Shown in pieces: positions 61,288 to 64,000 of a DNA stretch of 64,000 nucleotides. The notes below the pieces were generated by a model. It ran no database searches. It was not told the origin of the DNA and saw only the letters and a list, made by a program, of their open reading frames with translations. The DNA is from an uncultured Bacteroidota bacterium. GTDB lineage: Bacteria; Bacteroidota; Ignavibacteria; UBA10030; UBA8401. The DNA is taken from assembly GCA_963827085.1 (NCBI GenBank), contig CAWGZY010000007.1, positions 115,039 through 179,038 of the forward strand, read 5' to 3'. The first letter of the stretch is position 1. Every line of letters begins with the position of its first letter. Position numbers and translations under genes: made by a program.

Positions 61288-62947
61288 TGTGTTGTCGATT
61301 CCGTTTCATGGTTGTTCGGAAAAATAGGAATTGAAGAAGGCTTGCCGCCATCAAGAAGCCGGAGATAATTCCGGCAATGCGGGGAAGCCAATCGCCGTGC
61401 CGTGTATAAAACGTTTGCTCCGTTCTCGGTTCAATGACTCGTGTGATGGACGCTTCTGTATACATCTGAGTTTTATCGTACATCCTTCCATAGGGATCGA
61501 TGAAGCAAGAAATACCGCCGTTCGCACAACGGACGACCCATCTTCTGTTCTCGATCGCACGCAATACTGCAAATTGACAATGCTGCCGCGCTCCCGAAGT
61601 ATTCCCCCACCAACTGTCGTTGGTTATAAAAACCATAAACTCAGCCCCGCGCTTTACAAACGCGCTCACGAACTCCGGGAAAATAGACTCATAGCAAACC
61701 ATTGCAAGGAATTTCGAATGAGACCTTGAATCTTCAAACACCGTACTATCCCTCCCAATTCCCCAATTGCTGATGCCGACGCCCCATCGAAGCGGCTCGA
61801 TCAGGAAAGGGATCGACTCGGCGTACGGAATGCGCTCTGCAAAAGGAACCAGCCGCATTTTTGCGTACGATTGAATGTGTTCGTTTTTCGGTTCAAGATA
61901 TAAAATGGAGTTATATGAGTCATAGTGGACATTCGTTCCACGAATGACACTGCTGGCCGCCGGCGTTTTGCCTGCCTCGTAATATTTATAATCTATGTAC
62001 CCGCTTACGATCGATGTGCCGAGCGAATCAAGAATTCCTTGTACCTTCTCACATTCGTCCTTCATAATCGGAAGGTCGAACAAAATTGCAGTTTCAGGCC
62101 ACACGCTTATTTGCACACCGGCTTTCTTCTGTTCGCCCGTCATTTCCAGAAATTGTTGAACTTGTTTCTCCCTTCCTGCTAGAGTGCTTGCGCCCTCCCA
62201 TTTCGCCCACGGATCGATGTTTGGCTGCACAATACCCACTTTTAGCGAAGGGTTTTGGAAGGATGAAAATCTCGTCTCGTCGATCGTCAAGCTGTAAAGG
62301 CTCGGCAAGAGATAAACGACCGCAATTGCAACCGTCGCAAGGAGATTGACTTTCATCGACATTCTCTCCTTCTCGCGCATCATATTCATCACGAGGGTGA
62401 AGAATAATACATTGATGATGAGAAGCCAGAACGAAATTCCGTACACACCCGTAAATTCAGCAAACTGGATTTTTCCAAGTTCATACGTTTGTGTGTTTCC
62501 AAGAGTGAGCCACGGAAAAGCGAATTCGCCGAGCGCATACAGCCATTCAAAAGTAATCCAAATGAACGGAAGCGCGACGAGGCCTGCGATCAGACCGAAA
62601 TTCTTCCTCACAACAAGATATGAAAGAACAATCACGCTGAAGAAAAACGGTTCCCAAACAAGAACCAGCCCTCCCGCGAGCATCAAAAACGGGTCCTTCG
62701 CATGAGTGAATCCGCCTACCCAGTACAGTGCGATGCATGATGCAACAAAAAAGGAAAAGTATGAGTAGAGGAATTGTCTGCGAAGAAAGCGAAGCCGCTC
62801 GATTAAAAGCAGCAGCGGCACCAGCGAGATGCATGCCAGCGGCCCGAGCGGAAGTGGTGGGAACGAACAACCGAATAAAATGCCCGTCGAGAGTGCAAGA
62901 ACGATATTGGTTCGTGTTGCGTGATTTGTTTCAATGAAATTATCCAC
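61274..62947 (-). CDS. lnt: Apolipoprotein N-acyltransferase
   Basis: N-terminal polytopic membrane domain plus a C-terminal CN-hydrolase domain (CYESIFPEF with catalytic Cys). Confidence 0.85.
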   Translation of the reverse strand: MDNFIETNHATRTNIVLALSTGILFGCSFPPLPLGPLACISLVPLLLLIERLRFLRRQFLYSYFSFFVASCIALYWVGGFTHAKDPFLMLAGGLVLVWEPFFFSVIVLSYLVVRKNFGLIAGLVALPFIWITFEWLYALGEFAFPWLTLGNTQTYELGKIQFAEFTGVYGISFWLLIINVLFFTLVMNMMREKERMSMKVNLLATVAIAVVYLLPSLYSLTIDETRFSSFQNPSLKVGIVQPNIDPWAKWEGASTLAGREKQVQQFLEMTGEQKKAGVQISVWPETAILFDLPIMKDECEKVQGILDSLGTSIVSGYIDYKYYEAGKTPAASSVIRGTNVHYDSYNSILYLEPKNEHIQSYAKMRLVPFAERIPYAESIPFLIEPLRWGVGISNWGIGRDSTVFEDSRSHSKFLAMVCYESIFPEFVSAFVKRGAEFMVFITNDSWWGNTSGARQHCQFAVLRAIENRRWVVRCANGGISCFIDPYGRMYDKTQMYTEASITRVIEPRTEQTFYTRHGDWLPRIAGIISGFLMAASLLQFLFFRTTMKRNRQHNGVH

Positions 62948-63162
62948 GAAGAATTTAAATCGAAATAATAATAAGAGACATCTGAAAAATTGCCTCTCGC
63001 CAAGCCGCTGGCGAAGCCATCCCCTTGGGAAAAGGCGCGAAGATTTTGTGATATGACCAATTTGCGACTTTGCGTCTTTGCACGAGACGTATTTTCGGAA
63101 TTATTCAGAAGTCTCAATAAATAAATGTAGAAAGAAGAAACGAATTTTGCAAATGGAGTTTA

Positions 63163-63738
63163 TCACTGCATTTTCGCGTCTTTTCGAATAAATCGACCTT
63201 CGATAAATTCCCATGCTGCAATCAGGCACGTAGCACAGGCCCAACCGATAACTGCACCGCCAGCTATGTCCGAAGGATAATGAACGCCGATATACGGCCG
63301 CGAAAGTGCGATGAGTGAAGCCAGCGAAAACCATCCCCATGCCTGTTTGCGATAGTAGTGCGAAAGAATCGTTGCTCCTGCAAAATTGTTCACGGCATGA
63401 GATGAGGGAAACGAGAACCCGCTTCCGCAATCGACCAGAAGGCGAACGCCTTGTAATGCATGACATGGACGAACTCTGCTGAAAAGATTTTTTAACACTG
63501 AACTGCTAAACTGGTCGCTTACGATGATGGAAAGCACCAGAAGAATGCCTGCGGTTCTTCCTATCTTCCCTCCTCGGATCATCAGCCAAAGCCAAAGAAT
63601 AGCAACAACCGCCAGCGCGAGTTTATGTTTGTTAAGGTCGGTCAAAAACGGCATCAGCCAATCAAAGACCGGATTGCTGATGGTATGATTGATGAAGAAA
63701 AAAACCGCTTTGTCAATCGAGTAAAGAAATTCAGACAT
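63163..63738 (-). CDS. PAP2-family phosphatase (undecaprenyl-diphosphatase / PgpB-like)
   Basis: KxxxxxxRP (SRVRP), PSSH and SRxxxxxHxxxD (YPSDIAGG) motifs; TM helices. Confidence 0.8.
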   Translation of the reverse strand: MSEFLYSIDKAVFFFINHTISNPVFDWLMPFLTDLNKHKLALAVVAILWLWLMIRGGKIGRTAGILLVLSIIVSDQFSSSVLKNLFSRVRPCHALQGVRLLVDCGSGFSFPSSHAVNNFAGATILSHYYRKQAWGWFSLASLIALSRPYIGVHYPSDIAGGAVIGWACATCLIAAWEFIEGRFIRKDAKMQ

Positions 63739-63805
63739 TGGCTGTGCCGCGAGTATAGAACTGGCGAATCCCCCACGCTACAAATGTAGAAATAATGAAA
63801 TTGCC

Positions 63806-64000
63806 TACGATTTTGAATTGATCATGGCGACTGCGTATGCGGCTGCGCCCTCTCCGGCGCCGATAAAACCTAATCCCTCGTTGGTTGTTGCTTTTACCGA
63901 TACGTCGGCAGCATCCAACTGCAGAGTGCGAGCAATGTTATTCCTCATTTGATCAACAAACGGCGCGATCTTCGGCTTTTGAAGTACTATTGTTGAATCG
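63806..64000 (-). CDS. ispF: 2-C-methyl-D-erythritol 2,4-cyclodiphosphate synthase, C-terminal part (5' end outside the window)
   Basis: Reverse-complement translation ...VSVKATTNEGLGFIGAGEGAAAYAVAMI* matches the IspF C-terminus. Confidence 0.7.

Overview
This is a 64 kb chromosomal segment (about 48% GC by eye) that looks like core genome of an FCB-group bacterium, Bacteroidota- or Ignavibacteriota-like. The basis for that is a type IX secretion (T9SS) C-terminal sorting domain and a bacillithiol synthesis gene (bshC). Genes are tightly packed, with many ATGA start/stop overlaps. In order along the window:

- A cytochrome oxidase biogenesis cluster: ctaA (partial), ctaB, an embedded ABC-2 exporter, SCO1, and a DUF420/CtaM-like protein.
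- A T9SS-sorted secreted protein.
- A nucleoside salvage set: purine nucleoside phosphorylase (PNP), thymidine kinase, a membrane metallophosphoesterase and a nucleoside hydrolase.
- secG followed by tRNA-Lys(CTT).
- A 1.3 kb stretch with no ORFs that is flanked by outward-facing intrinsic terminators.
- ygfZ, msrC(fRMsr), a LOG-family gene, sirB1, then tmRNA (ssrA), dapF and dagK.
- A long minus-strand operon: SDR, yqeY, cvpA, mutS2, accC, BCCP, purL.
- bshC, an orphan MalK-like ATPase, and aroA.
- The classic rimP-nusA-infB-rbfA-truB-ribF-rpsO-pnp operon.
- A 1175-aa outer-membrane protein and tRNA-Leu(CAA).
- glcD/glcF-like genes and tryptophanase.
- A complete sulfur-carrier cysteine synthesis module, cysM / mec(JAMM) / cysO / moeZ.
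- An HD (YqeK-like) gene, nth, a hypothetical gene plus a LiaF-like gene, and polX.
- A second LOG paralog, trpG, trpE, a hotdog thioesterase, ltaE, lnt, a PAP2 gene and ispF (partial).

I found no CRISPR array, transposase, integrase or obvious defence island. The most unusual features are non-coding or structural: the terminator-flanked ORF-free region, a nested perfect inverted repeat, a relic tRNA 3' end, an HD gene with no canonical start codon, and a CysO carrier with a GG-TV tail next to its JAMM protease.
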